From NCBI GenBank assembly GCA_964016885.1, contig OZ024740.1:423894001-423958000 (forward strand): a DNA stretch of 64,000 nt, read 5' to 3'. A program made the position numbers and the translations under genes. The DNA is from Eledone cirrhosa. Lineage: Eukaryota. Below are positions 45,061-59,096 of the stretch, piece by piece (positions within the stretch are counted from its first letter, which is position 1; each line of letters starts with the position of its first letter). A model generated the notes under the pieces. The model ran no database searches. It worked only from the letters and a program-made list of their open reading frames with translations, and was not told where the DNA came from.

Positions 45061-46314
45061 ATCATCATCATCATCACCGTTTTACGTTCGTTCTTCCATG
45101 TTAGCATGGGTTAGACGGTTGTGGGCAGTGTCTGGTCGGCTGACCATGCCTTGCTCATACAGGAACTGATTTTGGCTTGATTTCTACAGCTGGATGCTCA
45201 CCCTAACACCAACCTCATTTACAGTGAGTGCTGGGTGCTTTTTTCCGTGGCGCCTACACGTCCACTTTACAGTGTGGGATGGGTGCTTTTTTGCTGTGGC
45301 ACCTCCATGACCACTTTGCAGTGGGAGGGTGTGGGGGCATATTGTCTATATGCTTCAGCTTGTACCCATGGGAGGTCGGGTACTCTATATTACTGCGTGA
45401 CGTCAGAGGTCACGGTCGTGTGTCATCGCCTTTGAGAGGTGCAACTGGGTAAGGTCGGCGCCTATCACCTCATCCCAGGTCTTCTTGGGTCTCCCCACTC
45501 CGAGGTTTCCATTGACTTTTAGTGCTCTGCACCTTTTTATGTAGCTGTCATCCTTTATACGCATCACATGTCCATACCAACGCAACCGCCTCTCATGCAC
45601 ACAGCATTTGATTCCTCTGATGCTCAGTCTCTCTCTCAATTCATTTATGCTTTGCCGTTCGTGTATATTACTATTACACATCCATCAGAGTATGCAGGCT
45701 TCGTTTCTTTCTAATCTACGTAAGTTTTCAACCTTCAGCATCCAGGTCTCACTACCATGTAACATTGCTGTTCGGATACACGCATCATACAGTCTGCCTT
45801 TCATTTTGAGGGAGAAGTCTTTTGCAGCTAGCAGTGGTAGTAGTTCCCTAAACTTCTTCCATCCCGTTCTTACCCTTGTTATTGTACTTTCTGAACACCC
45901 ACCTCCGCTGCTAATTCGGTCACCTAGGTAGCAGAAGCTGTCTATTGTTTCTAGAGCTCTCCCAGAGATTGGTGGTACTTGTTTCCTGTGGCAGTTTGTT
46001 GCTTGCTGTTCCAGCACAGCTGCTGCATGTGAAGCCTACATTCTTAATTAAGCTTCCTGAGATCCTGCTACATCTCTTGTGTACCCATTGTTTGCATTTG
46101 GGGCAGAGAATGGAGTTCCTACCTACACCTTTCCTACATACTGAGCAAGGCCATTTCCCTGAGGGGACCTGGGTTCTGTTTTCTCGTCTACTTACAAGGA
46201 CCTTAGTCTTTGTCATGTTGACTATGAGACCCTTTCTTTCTAGTCCCTGCTTCCAAGTTTGGAATTTCTTCTCTAGTTCTACCATAGATTCAGCAATAAG
46301 TGCGAGGTCATCTG

Positions 46315-46318
<4 letters not shown>
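45061..46318 (-). mobile_element. 5'-truncated RTE LINE (subfamily B), frameshifted
   Basis: Begins at YADDL, includes the PHD-like finger, YLG and LRWYGHV; 3' UTR matches 34690-34979. Confidence 0.93.
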
Positions 46319-46359
<41 letters not shown>

Positions 46360-46436
46360 CGGATGGCAGCTAAGATGCTTCAATAGGCGGTATGCCGGTT
46401 GAGCACTCTTACAGAGCAGAGTATGATATAATATAA

Positions 46437-46636
46437 AACGAAAAATCAGTGATGCATCTGAACTCAATATATTGTATGGATCTGTCTGATTCTGGATTCG
46501 CAGGTTCGACGGACATGTCTAAGGATTTCAGAACATATTCTCTGAAATAATTAGACGTGTCCGTCAAACCTTCGGATCCAGAATCAGACAGATCCATACA
46601 ATATATTGAGTTCAGATGCATCACTGATTTTTCGTT
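46437..46636. repeat. ~97-bp-arm inverted repeat between TA runs
   Basis: AACGAAAAATCAGTGATGCATCTGAACTC... pairs with ...GAGTTCAGATGCATCACTGATTTTTCGTT; mismatches only toward the loop. Confidence 0.92.
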
Positions 46637-46652
46637 ATATATATATATATAT

Positions 46653-46818
46653 ATTGTTCTATATTTTTGAGAAGAGGAATTATTTACATTGTTAACAAAA
46701 CAAGATGAGGACACCTATCCATCCAATGTATATAATATATATATATATACATTATATACATTGGACGGATAGGTGTTAACAAAACAAGATAAGGACACCT
46801 ATCCGTCCAATGTATATA

Positions 46819-46876
<58 letters not shown>

Positions 46877-46950
46877 TGGATGGATAGGTGTCCTCATCTT
46901 GTTTTCTTAACAATGTAAATAATTCCTCATCTCAAAAATATAGAACAATA
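46653..46950. repeat. Nested inverted repeats separated by TA runs
   Basis: 46653-46730 is inverted at 46873-46950; a shorter self-inverted iteration of the same sequence lies at 46757-46815. Confidence 0.9.
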
Positions 46951-47875
46951 TATATACATAAATATACATATATATATAAACGTTTGTATATGTATAATAA
47001 AGCCAAAACAATGCAGGTATGGACATAGAATAAAGAATGCAAATGCAAAAGATATTGTTGGTAAGTCTTTTACCTTAGATTTATTTAAATGTCCTTAATT
47101 TTCGAGATAATATCTCTTCTTCGGAGGGAAGTAAAGCGGTTAAACCAGTGTTCTAAATAGCTTGCCAACTCATGCTGACAGAAAATGGTATAGAGTATCT
47201 GTTCTATCTCTAATATTAAGAGTTAGGATAGAAACTAAGGAAAGAAACCTCGGCAATCTTAGAATTAAGGAAGCACTAATTATAGACAAAACACAACCAC
47301 CAATCAATAATAGACTAGAACTCAACACCCAATTTATAACTTGATAGAGCATCTAGCCCCGTATTTACACCCCCTCCCACACACACGCACGCGCGCACAC
47401 ACACACACGCTTACACCTCCACTTATTCTCTCTCACACACACACATACATACACACACACACAAAGACCAGTTCTAACACGAGATAACATCTATCCCCCA
47501 CATTTACGTATAGACATATCTTCTCACACTCACACACATACTTACACCTTCACGCATTCTCCCACACACTTAAACAGGCATGTACAAAAAAAAAAAAAAC
47601 CCTTTTAAAGGGAGACTACTCTTTATCCACCTAATCTTAACTCTTTGATATTAGAGATAGAACAGATACTCTATACCATTTCCTGTCAGCATGAGTTGCA
47701 AGCTATTTAGAACACTGGTTTAACCGCTTTACTTCCCTCCGAAGAAGAGATATTATCTCGAAAATTAAGGACATTTAAATAAATCTAAGGTAAAAGAGTA
47801 ATTGACAACAATATCTTTTGCATTTGCATTCTTTATTCTATGTCCATACCTGCATTGTTTTGGCTTTATTATACA

Positions 47876-48769
47876 CTAGCATTAAAGCCCGGCGTTGCTC
47901 GGGGTCATTAAGTTACCAAAGTTAGGTTGCACCACCCATTTTATGGCAGCACTTTTTTGTCTGCCAGGCACGGGGTGACTGAATTGCAGACCTGGAAGTA
48001 TGAGCTGCGCCAGCAGTGACAATTGTAGTTTCGCCTATGGATATTATCTCTGTGCAAAAAAGTGTTGAAATTTATTGTTTCACAGTACTTGCGCAACACG
48101 CAAGACGATGCCAGCCGAACAACAGAGCTGCGATGGAGTTGTTCTGCATGGTTGTCTGTGTGTTTTCTAAATTTAAGACAGTAGGGAGGGTTGTGATATG
48201 AGGGAGAGTTAGCTGTTGTTTCTAGCAGGTTTAGTGACCTCATAGAAGATATGTGTTTTCTAAATTTAAGAAAGTAGGGAGTGGTGTGATATGGGGGAGA
48301 GTTAGCTGCTGTTTCTAGCAGGTTTAGTGACCTCATAGAAGATATGTTTTCTAAATTTAAGACAGTAGGGAGGGGTGTGATATGGGGGAGAGGTAGCTGC
48401 TGTTTCTAGCAGGTTTAGTAACCTCATAGAGGATATGTGTTTTCTAAATTTAAGACAGTAGGGAGGGGTGTGAACGGACAGTATCACCATCAAGCTTGGA
48501 AAGAGAAAGTAGCAGAAAGTATGAAGTTGTATAGATTTTGAATGGTAGTGGAAAGAGTTTAGCAGTTTAAATGACAGAGGAAAATCGTAAAATATTGAGT
48601 TTTATCTATTTTTTGCGTAATTGTGGGTGAAATTGAAAAAATTATTTGCGTCAAGACGCAATCGAAACTATTTCGAGTACTGAATTGTAAATTTCAATTG
48701 AAGAAATTCTATATCGTAGATTTCTATAACGAAGGAGCTTGACCACACACTGAGCTTTATAGATTATGA
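47876..48769 (-). mobile_element. Non-autonomous Helitron, 894 bp
   Basis: Minus strand starts TC and ends with hairpin CCCGAGCAACGCCGGG plus CTAG; inserted between A and T with no TSD; removing it restores GGCTTTATTATACA|TATACAAACGTTTAT, the exact complement of 46976-47004. Confidence 0.9.
48158..48472. repeat. ~90-bp tandem repeat (about 3.5 copies) inside the Helitron
   Basis: TGTTTTCTAAATTTAAGACAGTAGGGAGG...GTTTCTAGCAGGTTTAGTGACCTCATAGAAGATA repeated. Confidence 0.88.
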
Positions 48770-48842
48770 TATACAAACGTTTATACCTCATTACACAATG
48801 CTTCAAGTGAACTATAACTTCCTCCTATATATATATATATAT

Positions 48843-49025
48843 AAAGAAAAAAAGATGAAATCGAAAATGCAACTGGAGTCTTATTTAAAAAAAATATATA
48901 TATTTATTTGGTTCCTTTACCGGTTTCGCAGTTCTTCTGCTTTTCAAAAGTAGAGTTGAGATGGAGGGTCTGTGATTTTTCTCACATCGGTTATTTTTCA
49001 TTTTGTAAAAAAACCTCACTTTCTA
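48843..49025 (-). mobile_element. Probable PLE terminal fragment with decayed hammerhead
   Basis: Minus strand CTT-TTGAAAA-GCAG AAGAA CTGC-GAAA-CCGG-TA-AAG (about 48905-48951); flanked by TA on both sides. Confidence 0.45.
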
Positions 49026-49118
49026 ATATATATATATATATATAGGAAACCGTAAGTATTGAGTACTCTGCCGCAATATGGTCCACTCGGTTCCTTCGTT
49101 ATATATATATATATATAT

Positions 49119-49865
49119 ACGCAGACTAGAGAGAAACGAAGCTTGCATGCTCCGCTGGATGTGTAATAGTAACATACGTGAACGGCAAAGCATAAACGTA
49201 CTAAGGGAGAAATTAGAAATAAGAGGGATCAGATGTTGTTTACTCGAGAGAAGACTACATTGGTATGGTCACGTGATGCGCATGAAAGATGAGAGCTGTA
49301 TAAAAAAGTGCAGGGCAATAAAAATAGACAGTAGCCACGGAGTAGGCAGACCCAGAAAAACTTGGGACGACCTGATAAATTCTGACCTCACACACTTACA
49401 CCTCTCCAAGACAATGTCACTGGACCGAGTGCTTTGGCGCTACACAGTAATAGAGAAGACCCGCCTTACCTAAGTACAAAGTGAAACCTACTACAGCCAG
49501 TAGGCATCTCTAACAAAATACACCCCGTCCCACTACCCCCACCCCATCCACACCACCCCTTCAATGTAAAGTTATGTTGGTGTCACAACATCCAGCCCGA
49601 AACAAATGAGGTCGTGTAGGTGTCACGACAAAAAAAAACACAGTCCACGCTGTAATGTGGTCGTGTAGGCAACACGGTAAAAACCTCCCAGTCCCACACT
49701 GTAAATGTGGTTGGTGTTAGGAAGGGCATCCAGCTGTAGAAAACCCGCCAGACAGTCCTATGCGAGCAACACAACCACTCTTGCCTCAAGTGGGAAAGTC
49801 CCCGTCCAAACCCATGCAAGCGTGGAATATGGACGTTAAACGATGATGATGATGATGATGATGAT
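49119..49865 (+). mobile_element. 5'-truncated RTE LINE (subfamily A) with composite 3' UTR and (ATG)n tail
   Basis: [15 protein letters not shown]...TVIEKTRLT*; starts at a TA run. Confidence 0.93.
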
Positions 49866-50559
49866 ATATATACACACACACATACCTCTCTCTCTATATA
49901 TATATATATATATATCCATACAAGCATGGGAAAACGGACATAAATCGATGATGATGACAATATATATAAACACACTCACACATATATATAAATATTCATA
50001 ACATTGGGTCTATTAAAATAGTTATAAATCATAATTTGAAACAACATTTTAAGGGTCTGTAATAAATAAAAAAATTCAAGAAAAGAAAAAACCAAGAAAC
50101 AAGAAAAGAAAAAACCAAGAAACAAGAAAGAGGACAAGTAAAGTATGTAGCGTGTCTAGTGATGTGTGACATTATTATTGTTAATAACAATCCACAGTAT
50201 TGAGAGACATATGTAGAAGTGAGATGTTGGAGAAAGGTTTATTGTTATAGCTACTATGATATATTTCACTACATATGTTGATATTGTGATGATGATCCCC
50301 CCTCTCTCTCTCTCTCTATATATATATTTATATACAAATAGAATTTGTCCAAGATCGCCATTTACCACACACTATGATTTTACAATAATCATGTTGTAAA
50401 TACAAATTTGTACATCAGAGTGGACACAATGGTATATATATATATATATAACAAAGAAATGTGACGAATGGAGAGATGCTGTGCTGAGAAGGACACGTCC
50501 AACCCATGGAAGCATGGAAAAACGGATATAAAAATGATGATGATATAAATATATATATG

Positions 50560-50755
50560 ATGGTCACGTAGGTGTCACAACAAAAAACACTCAGTCCACA
50601 TTGTAAATGTGGTTGGCATTAGAAACCAAGCCCCAAACAGTTCTGTATGAGCAAGACATGGTCATCAGATCTGACTTATCTCACAAGGGAACAACTCATC
50701 TAACTGATACTAGCGTGAAAAATGAAGGTTAAATGGTGACGACGATGATGATGAT
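50560..50755 (+). mobile_element. Diverged SINE 3' half, preceded by an RTE tail at 50460-50545
   Basis: Shared tail motifs and (ATG)n. Confidence 0.7.
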
Positions 50756-51145
50756 ATATATATAAGGATGATGATATAATGCACATGATTTATATGCACT
50801 TAAGTTCAATAGAAAATTCAATAATATACACAATTTTTCTATATCACAATTCTGTTATATACCCAATTGAATGTTGGCTAATAATTCACTTTAATTGATG
50901 ATATTCAAACAAAATTTAATTTTTCACTTTCTGAAATTTACCTGTATTTACATTAATTTTGAAATCAAAATATCGTAATAGATTTATCCAAGTTGTGTAC
51001 CAAAGAGTATGTTCATGTAGCAATAGATTCTAAAAAAATGGTTGTTTTACTGAACTAGTCTAAATTCTGGCTTATTTCAGAATTTAATTGAAACCCATGA
51101 GGGGAGTATTTCAGTTAGAAATATAGTATGGGGTTGAGTCTCCTT

Positions 51146-51211
<66 letters not shown>

Positions 51212-51392
51212 AGAGGAAGAGAGAGAAGAGGAAGAGAGAGAGAGGGAAGAGAGAGAGAGGGAAGAGGAAGAGAGAGAGAGAGAGATGGGAGAGAGAGAGA
51301 GAGGAGGGAGAGAGAGAGAGAAGAGGAAGAGAGAGAGAGGGAAGAGGAAGAGGGAAGAGGAAGAGAGAGAGGGAAGAGGAAGAGAGAGAGAG

Positions 51393-51430
<38 letters not shown>
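51146..51430. repeat. (GA)n/GGAAGA polypurine tract
   Basis: Direct observation. Confidence 0.95.
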
Positions 51431-51432
<2 letters not shown>

Positions 51433-53977
51433 CTACATAGCACCTAGCAAGTATCCACTGTTAGTACCTTATAAGTTATCTCCCATATGATGACTAGATT
51501 TAAATATCTGCAACAAAAACTAGAGGAAACCAGCTGGCCAGCCACTTGATTACCTTCCAATCAGAAAGGACATACAAGCCAAACTTACTACATTCTCACC
51601 AGAAAATAAAAGAACTAGTTATAAGTGACAAATCCTCTCCTTGTAAAGAATGTACACACCCTCCAACACAGATTAATTATCTGTGACCTTAGAGTAAGGG
51701 CCAGATAGATTCAGTGACAGAAGCCTATCTGTAGAAGGAGACCATGCAAACTGAAAGAATCCTCATAATGGAGGACAAATTCAGAGAAGTCCTATTTCTA
51801 GAAAAGAAGGGACACCTATAATACAGAGAAGATAGAAAACTCCTCCTAGGCACATCCTACTGAAGGCCAGGTCTGCAGCTTGCCTAATGTCCCAGCAAGA
51901 TAGAAAGGGACATGGTAGACGAATATTAGGGTAAGATGGCGCCATTAGAGCTAAGCAGCTAAGCATGGTAAGACAGGAAAATTATCTTATAAATGGGGTT
52001 TGGATTTTTTCTCATTTCTCAGACTTAAAATAGGGGGTTAGCTTATATTCAAGTATATACAGTCACTTAAAGTAACTGAAATGTTTGGGTGTGAGTTAGT
52101 AAAAAAAACAAAAAAACATTAAAGCTCTTTTTCAAAGCTTTGCTGACATTTCTAGCACTGATCTGTACCTGTATTGTTACTCCTTGAAATGAGTATTCAA
52201 GTGTAGCATCTCAGTATATTCATTCTGCCTTACCCAACCCCTACTGGTTTATATTTATTTCTCCATGCTTGCATACACACATTTGTCACTTTTCTCCTTT
52301 TCCTTGCTAAAACAATAGTTTTTACAGAAGGATTTCCTTCATAGAACAAACCCACTCAACTATGAAATAGAAGACAGAACTGTTTGTCAATCAAGTTGAG
52401 GGTTTTTAAGCCTGGTCTATCCAAGAACAGAAATAAGACAAATTACTGTAGTAGAAGTAAGGCTTCAATTTATAACTCAGTTATGTTCAAGCTAATAAAA
52501 GCCTGTTTACAGTTGCTTGCTCTGTTAGAGATAGCAGTTTATCTACACAGTTCATTATGACCTGTGTATGGTTGAGCCAATATAGCCTATCCATGGCAGC
52601 CTGCTCCACTTGAAATAACAGGCAAATTCTCCTCAAATCTTACCCAACCTTCAAAAATAAGGACATTGAATAATACAATACCTAAAAACACACTCAAAAC
52701 AATAAAATGGTCCTGATTAGAATACCTTTCTGAATCGATTGACAAATTCCCAGATCTTATTTCCTTATTAAGTGGGATGGAATTTGTGAGATCGAACCAA
52801 AGAAACAATGTTTCCATTGCCAATACTATTTACTGGTCACATCTCCAGGTTTGTTCAACTAAAGCTAATCCAAATCTAAACAACAACAGCCCCCCACTGA
52901 TGCTTATAAAACATGGAGGGATAAAATGTAAAATTCAAACTGGCAACAAGATTTTACAGAACTTTAAACTTAGAGATTGGCCAAGTTACTTAATTGATGA
53001 TACCAATAAGCACAAAACATTTGAAAGAAAGTCAATAAATCACCCTATAGTCACTGCTATAAACATAATAACAATCCGGCCCATTTCCAGGCTTTGGTGG
53101 GGACTCAGAGCATTCAGGGTGGGCTCTCTAATTCCCTAGGGAATTTTTTGACCAGTTTCTTAGATTTAATTTTAAGTTTGCCCTTTTTTAAATTAACTTT
53201 TTTTCTTTGTTCTTGTTTTGAGAAGAAAAGTTAGTAAAGACTGTGAGGAATGTATTTTAAATGTATTTTATAAACTCTATTTTCTAATAAGCATCGTGTA
53301 TAACAGTTGATCTCTTGGACTCTTACAAAGTGCTCAGAAGATAAAATTAATTGAAGGACCCAGTGATGCTATAACATAGCTTAAAGAATAGGAAGAAGAC
53401 CCTTAAAAGATGATAAGAATTGTCACGGTCTCTTGACTTAATAGTTAACAGTACCTAGCTGGTATCTGGCAGATATAGGGTTCCTCATAGCCGCTGATGG
53501 CAACTTCCTTTTCCATCTTTTAAAGGTCTTCACCCTATTTTATAAGCTATTTCATAGCATCTCTGCACATGAGCACATTATACTTTATATTAGCTTTACT
53601 TTCTAAATTTGAGGGTGTATTATTGAAAAGTAATGAGGAAATGTTATCTAGTGCCTCCTGCCCCTCAGTGATGGGATTAAGAAGAACAGTATCTGACCTA
53701 GATGTGAGGTGTGGTTTTATCATACCCCACCTCAGCCTAAAGGATGAAATGGGTAAAGTTGACATCATCAGGATTTGAACACAGAAAGTAAAGACAACTA
53801 AATATTGTAAGCCATTTATTTATTTATACTCCTCTGTTTAATTGTAGCCATAAATGATGATGATGATGATGATGTTGAAGGGGAACTGAGAAAAAAGAGA
53901 GGTCATTCACCTGGCTCCCTGAAGAAATTTAGGTAATCCAAGCTTGTTGTTTGTTGAAGGGAGGATTTAATAATAAT

Positions 53978-54190
53978 AATTGTTTCTACTTTTGGCACAA
54001 GGCCAGCAATTTTGGGGGAGGGAAAAGTCAATTAAATCGACCCCAATACTTACTGGTGCTTTATTTTGTTGTCCTGTAAGGATGACAGGCAAAACTGACC
54101 TTGGCGGGATTTGAACTCAGAACGCAAAAGGCCATAACTCTATGCTGCAAAGCATGGTGTCCAATGCTCTAACAATTCTGCCAAACCACC
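53978..54190 (-). mobile_element. tRNA-derived SINE (Meta-like), diverged
   Basis: GGCGGGATTTGAACTCAGAA and GGCACAAGGCCAGCAAT, the reverse of the 23508-23692 family. Confidence 0.72.
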
Positions 54191-54284
54191 AGTAATAATA
54201 ATAATAATGATTTCTACTATAGGCACAAGGCCAGTAATAATAGTAATAGTTGTAGTCTTAGCCCCCCCCCCCCCCCTGGTTAAA

Positions 54285-54565
54285 AATGATCATGGTTTTG
54301 CACCTGGAAAGTCCCCCCCCCCACACCGAGGCATAAGCCTGGTCAAGTGTTTGTGGAAGACCACACATGCCAAGTGATCATGTAGGTGTCACGATAAGCA
54401 CCCAGGAAACACTATAAATATGGTTGGCATAAGGAAGGGCATCTTGCCAAAATCAGTTCTGTAGGAGCAAGACCTGGTCACCTGATCTGGATTGTCTCAC
54501 AATGGGACAACTTGTCTAACCCATACTAGTGTGGAAAAATGAACGTTAAACTGTGATGATGATGA

Positions 54566-54608
<43 letters not shown>

Positions 54609-55035
54609 TAAACACACACATACATGCACATGTGTCAGTTTGTGAGAAAATAATTTACATAAGGGAGGTGGAGACAGAGGGAGGAAGTGTGCGTATGTGT
54701 GGGGTGTATTAGGTGAGTAATATATTAATGATTGAATTAAGTTTGTGTTAATGAACACAATTGAATATGTGACTGTAATGAACAGACATGTATCTTTTCA
54801 GCAGTAAATTTAGAACAACAGTCAACCGAAGGGGGAGTTACTACAACCTGTTATAAAATAATAATAATAATAATAATGTAAATGTGGTTGGTGTTAGGAA
54901 GGGCATCCAGCTGTAGAAAACACGCCAGACAGTCCTATGCGAGCAAGACAACCACTCTTGCCTCAAGTGGGAAAACCTCCGTCCAAACCCATGCAAGCGT
55001 GGAACAGGGACGTTAAATGATGATGATGATGATGA
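54285..55035 (+). mobile_element. Two SINE/RTE-type 3' modules (54285-54568, 54878-55035)
   Basis: GGAAGGGCATC domain and (ATG)n tails. Confidence 0.72.
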
Positions 55036-55099
55036 ATAATGAATCCTTGATTGAATTATAGCTGCAGAAATTGAAATATAAAATATGAATAAATCAAAT

Positions 55100-55405
55100 G
55101 GGTGTAATAAATATCATCTAGGCACAGTTGAGGGAGGGTGAAGATGAGAGATGGAAAATTCTGGTCTGACAACATCAAAGACTAGAGTGGTCACAACACT
55201 CAGACCCTTCTGAACATGATGGAGATTAGAGACATGGTTGACTGTGGAAGCATCTAGTGTGACACCCGCACGATGGCTGCACCAGTTGCACATCTAGAGT
55301 GACATCCCAACAACAGGCTGCACCAGTTGCACATCTAGAGTGACACCCCAACAACAGGCTACACCAGTTGCACATCTAGAGTGACATCCCAGGCTGCACC
55401 AGTCA
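55100..55405 (+). mobile_element. Old RTE 3' end whose tail has expanded as a ~39-bp tandem repeat (about 4 copies)
   Basis: Decayed LGTVEGG...SDNIKD.SG; then GCACCAGTTGCACATCTAGAGTGACA.CCC units. Confidence 0.55.
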
Positions 55406-56208
55406 TGGGAACATGATGGTGGAGTAAACATTAATAAAAATACAATTGTGAGAAGTTAAGACGAAACCCATCTAAATTGTTACTGAAATCTGTAAGGATA
55501 CTTGACCCTTTCATAAGATCTCCCTGAATTTACTATCTGTTTCTTTCTCTGTATTAATATTGTTTTAACTGTTACTTAATGCATTTATAATTCACAAGCT
55601 ATCGGGTTGAGTTGGCTGCTGTCAGGTGTGACCCCTGCAAGGTGGAGTGGCTGCTTCAGCATGTCTCCCTCGCCGTCCTCTGGTCAATGTAATCTCCATC
55701 CTGTCGGCCAGGACCCAGAGGTGGAGAACAAGTTAGTAGCTGGTAGAAAATACTCGTTCAGACACTTCTACAACTAAAGTATATTTACATCTATACAACT
55801 GTGAATCTCAACATTGTAGTGATTCACAAGCTGGTATAATATTTAGAGAATTTAACATTGTCACTCTCCCCCCTGTATATTTGATATTTCTTCTCTGTAT
55901 TAATAATTACCACTTTAATTGTTAAATGCTATTTAACTCAGCAAATTCCCATCCGATCCGGCAGAATTCTGCACACCCCTTCCTACAGCCTACTTTGTAC
56001 AGACAAGCTATATTTTTATGCTCTACTGGCAACGTCAGCTACCCATAACGACATACTACTTATGTACGAACCCATATATGTATACAAGTGCTGAGTTATG
56101 AACATATGTATATGCATTTGTCATCTACTGTTCACATAAGCCTAATTTTCTATTCCCTTAACTAGTTTCATATGGGCACAATAGGTTATCTCAAATTAGG
56201 TGCTAGCT

Positions 56209-56243
<35 letters not shown>

Positions 56244-57466
56244 GTGTCTAGAGAGATAGAAAACAAAGTAACAATACATTACATCTAACAATGTATGAGA
56301 GCCAAGAACACACACTACTTTTCAAAACATGCTACTTATGATTCTGTCTTCTCACCAGGTTTGAAATTTAAGAGTTGCTACTATCAACATTGACATGATG
56401 AATGGTAGGTCTGGAGTGATTGTGGAGATATTAATAGTGGAGGTATATAGATATATATTGTGTGCAAGAGTTAAGATGGACAGGAGCCTTGGTCAGACAC
56501 CTCAAATTATACCACATGCTACCATTTGTAAAAAGGAAAGTTACATTGAATAATTTAGTTCTAGATATACTCATACTGAAAAAATAAAAATAACATTTTT
56601 TAAAAAGGATAGAAATAATGCTCATGTTTAGAAAATATTTTATCATAGGTCTGTTCCACAAGAGTTACCAACAGTAACCATTTCAAAAGACTCTGAAAGT
56701 AAATGTATATATATATATATATACTTAACTAATTCATTTAGACTTAAGAAATACTTTCAACCTTTACAGACACACACATCTGTGTGAATACATCTGGTGA
56801 TCTGTTTCCTCCAGCCTCCTGCCATGGCTTGTCCTTAAGCCAGGTTGAGAAAGAAGGTAGGTTGGGTGTAGGGTTGGTACCCCGACACTGTAAAAAAGAC
56901 TCATTCACCACAGAAGCCACTATGAATTTTCCAAATCATGAATACATAGAAAAATATGTTTATAATATTTATATAGGAATACACAGACACACAGACAGAC
57001 ACACAACAGACAGTGGGGGAAACAACAATAACAACAATAAAGCGAGATAAATTTTTTTTAGAGTAATTGGCAATGACACCAATGACCCAACTTACTCTAA
57101 ACCTCTAGCATGCTTCCTCTCACATAAAACTGACCTCGTATCAAGCTGCTTAGTTATATAAACTGGCAAATATGAGTTTTCAATAGAAGAACGAGAATAA
57201 ACACACAAAAATTGTTATTATAGAAGAAATAGGAAACTTATTCTGCAGTAGATATGACTGTGGGGTGGGTGGAGAATGTTCTGTTTTTCTTTTTTCTTCT
57301 CCTTCTGTACCCTCCCCCAAAAAATTGAAAAAGAGAGCTGCATGTGATGAAATCATATGGAAACATGTGTTGTAAGTTTAGATAATATAAAGTAACACTT
57401 TCAAAACATCCTAAAGTAAATAAATAAATAAATGATTATACACACACATATATATATATGTATATA

Positions 57467-57701
<235 letters not shown>

Positions 57702-57738
57702 GTATATATATATATATATATATGTATATGTATATATA

Positions 57739-58391
57739 TCATCATCATCATCATCATCATTTTACGTCCGCTTTTCCCTGCTTGCAAGGGTGGGACGGGT
57801 CTTATTCAGCACAGCATCTCTCCACTCGTCACGGTCCCTCGTCATCTCCACCGTGAGCTTCAATGATCTGAGGTCTGTTCTCACCACCTCCGCCCATGTT
57901 TTTCGTGGTCTACCTCTACCACGTCTTCCTTCAACTGGCATTTCCTGGCACTTCTTCACCCATCGGTCATCCTCCATGCGCATCACATGTCCATACCACC
58001 TCAGTCTCCTCTCCCGTACACTACATTCTATCCCTCTCAGACACAGTTTCTCTCTCAACACATTTATGCTGGGTCGTTCACGCACATCCAACGGAGCATC
58101 CAACGGAGCATGCTTGCCTCATTTCTCTCCAGCCGTCGCATATCTTCTGCGGTAGCTGCCCATGTCTCACTACCATGCAGCATCGCGCTCCTCACACAGG
58201 CATCATACAACCGGCCTTTCGTACGCAGGGAGAAACCCTTCTTCGTCAACAGAGGAAGCAGCTCCCTAAACTTCTTCCAACCCGTCCTTATTCTAGATAC
58301 TATGGCCTCGGAACACCCTCCTCCCATGCTAATCTGATCTCCTAGGTACTGGAAGCTATCCACCACTTCTATAGCGCCCTCTCGCATTTGA
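57739..58391 (-). mobile_element. 5'-truncated RTE LINE (subfamily C)
   Basis: [10 protein letters not shown]...[20 protein letters not shown]...[10 protein letters not shown]...[13 protein letters not shown]; a small duplication near 58085-58110 shifts the frame. Confidence 0.93.
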
Positions 58392-58424
58392 AATATATAT
58401 ATACATATATATACATATATATAC

Positions 58425-58576
<152 letters not shown>

Positions 58577-58597
58577 GTATATATATATGTATATATG

Positions 58598-58661
<64 letters not shown>

Positions 58662-58664
<3 letters not shown>

Positions 58665-58826
58665 TCATCATCATCATCATCATCGTTTAACGTCCGTGTT
58701 CCATGCTTGCATGGGTTTGGACGGAGGGTTTTCCCACTTGAGGCAAGAGTGGTTATCTTGCTCGCATAGGACTGTCTGGCGGGTTTTCTACAGCTGGATG
58801 CCCTTCCTAACACCAACCACATTTAC
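58662..58826 (-). mobile_element. SINE/RTE-type 3' half
   Basis: (CAT)n CGTTTAACGTCCGTGTTCCA...CTGGATGCCCTTCCTAACACC. Confidence 0.85.
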
Positions 58827-58829
58827 ATA

Positions 58830-58881
<52 letters not shown>

Positions 58882-58883
<2 letters not shown>

Positions 58884-59087
58884 ACGAAGGAAATGTGGTA
58901 AGGAACCAGGTGGACCATAACGCACGAAAGTACTCAATACTTAGGGTAGTAGAGTGGGTAATAGGAACAAGTAAGACCCCGACGGCTGAGCTCAAGCCGT
59001 TTCGACGGCTAATTCTGTACTGAATTAGTACAGAATTAGCCGTCGAAACGGCTTGAGCTCAGCCGTCGGGGTCTTACTTGTACCTAT
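58882..59087. mobile_element. Fold-back element between TA arrays (same family as 7746-7950)
   Basis: 61-bp arms 58961-59021 / 59027-59087 with one mismatch; outer end AC.AAGGAAATGTGGTAAGGAACCAG shared with 7746. Confidence 0.75.
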
Positions 59088-59096
59088 ATATATATA

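Larger units (their letters stand above)
46976..48784 (+). mobile_element. Penelope-like 3' fragment with inverted terminal repeat, interrupted by a Helitron
   Basis: 46976-47228 is the reverse complement of 47635-47875 plus 48770-48784; 47230-47344 encodes LRIKEALIIDKTQPPINNRLEL (GIY-YIG C-terminus); hammerhead-like CCGAAGA..GAGATA/TATCTC..GAAA at about 47735-47772. Confidence 0.8.

Noticed and set aside
51111-51490. Arg/Glu- or Ser/Leu-rich ORFs
   Set aside because: (GA)n tract.
52030-52063. pogo/Tc2-like TIR (GCTTATATTCAAGTATATACAGT)
   Set aside because: Only one worn end is visible; no partner TIR or transposase found.
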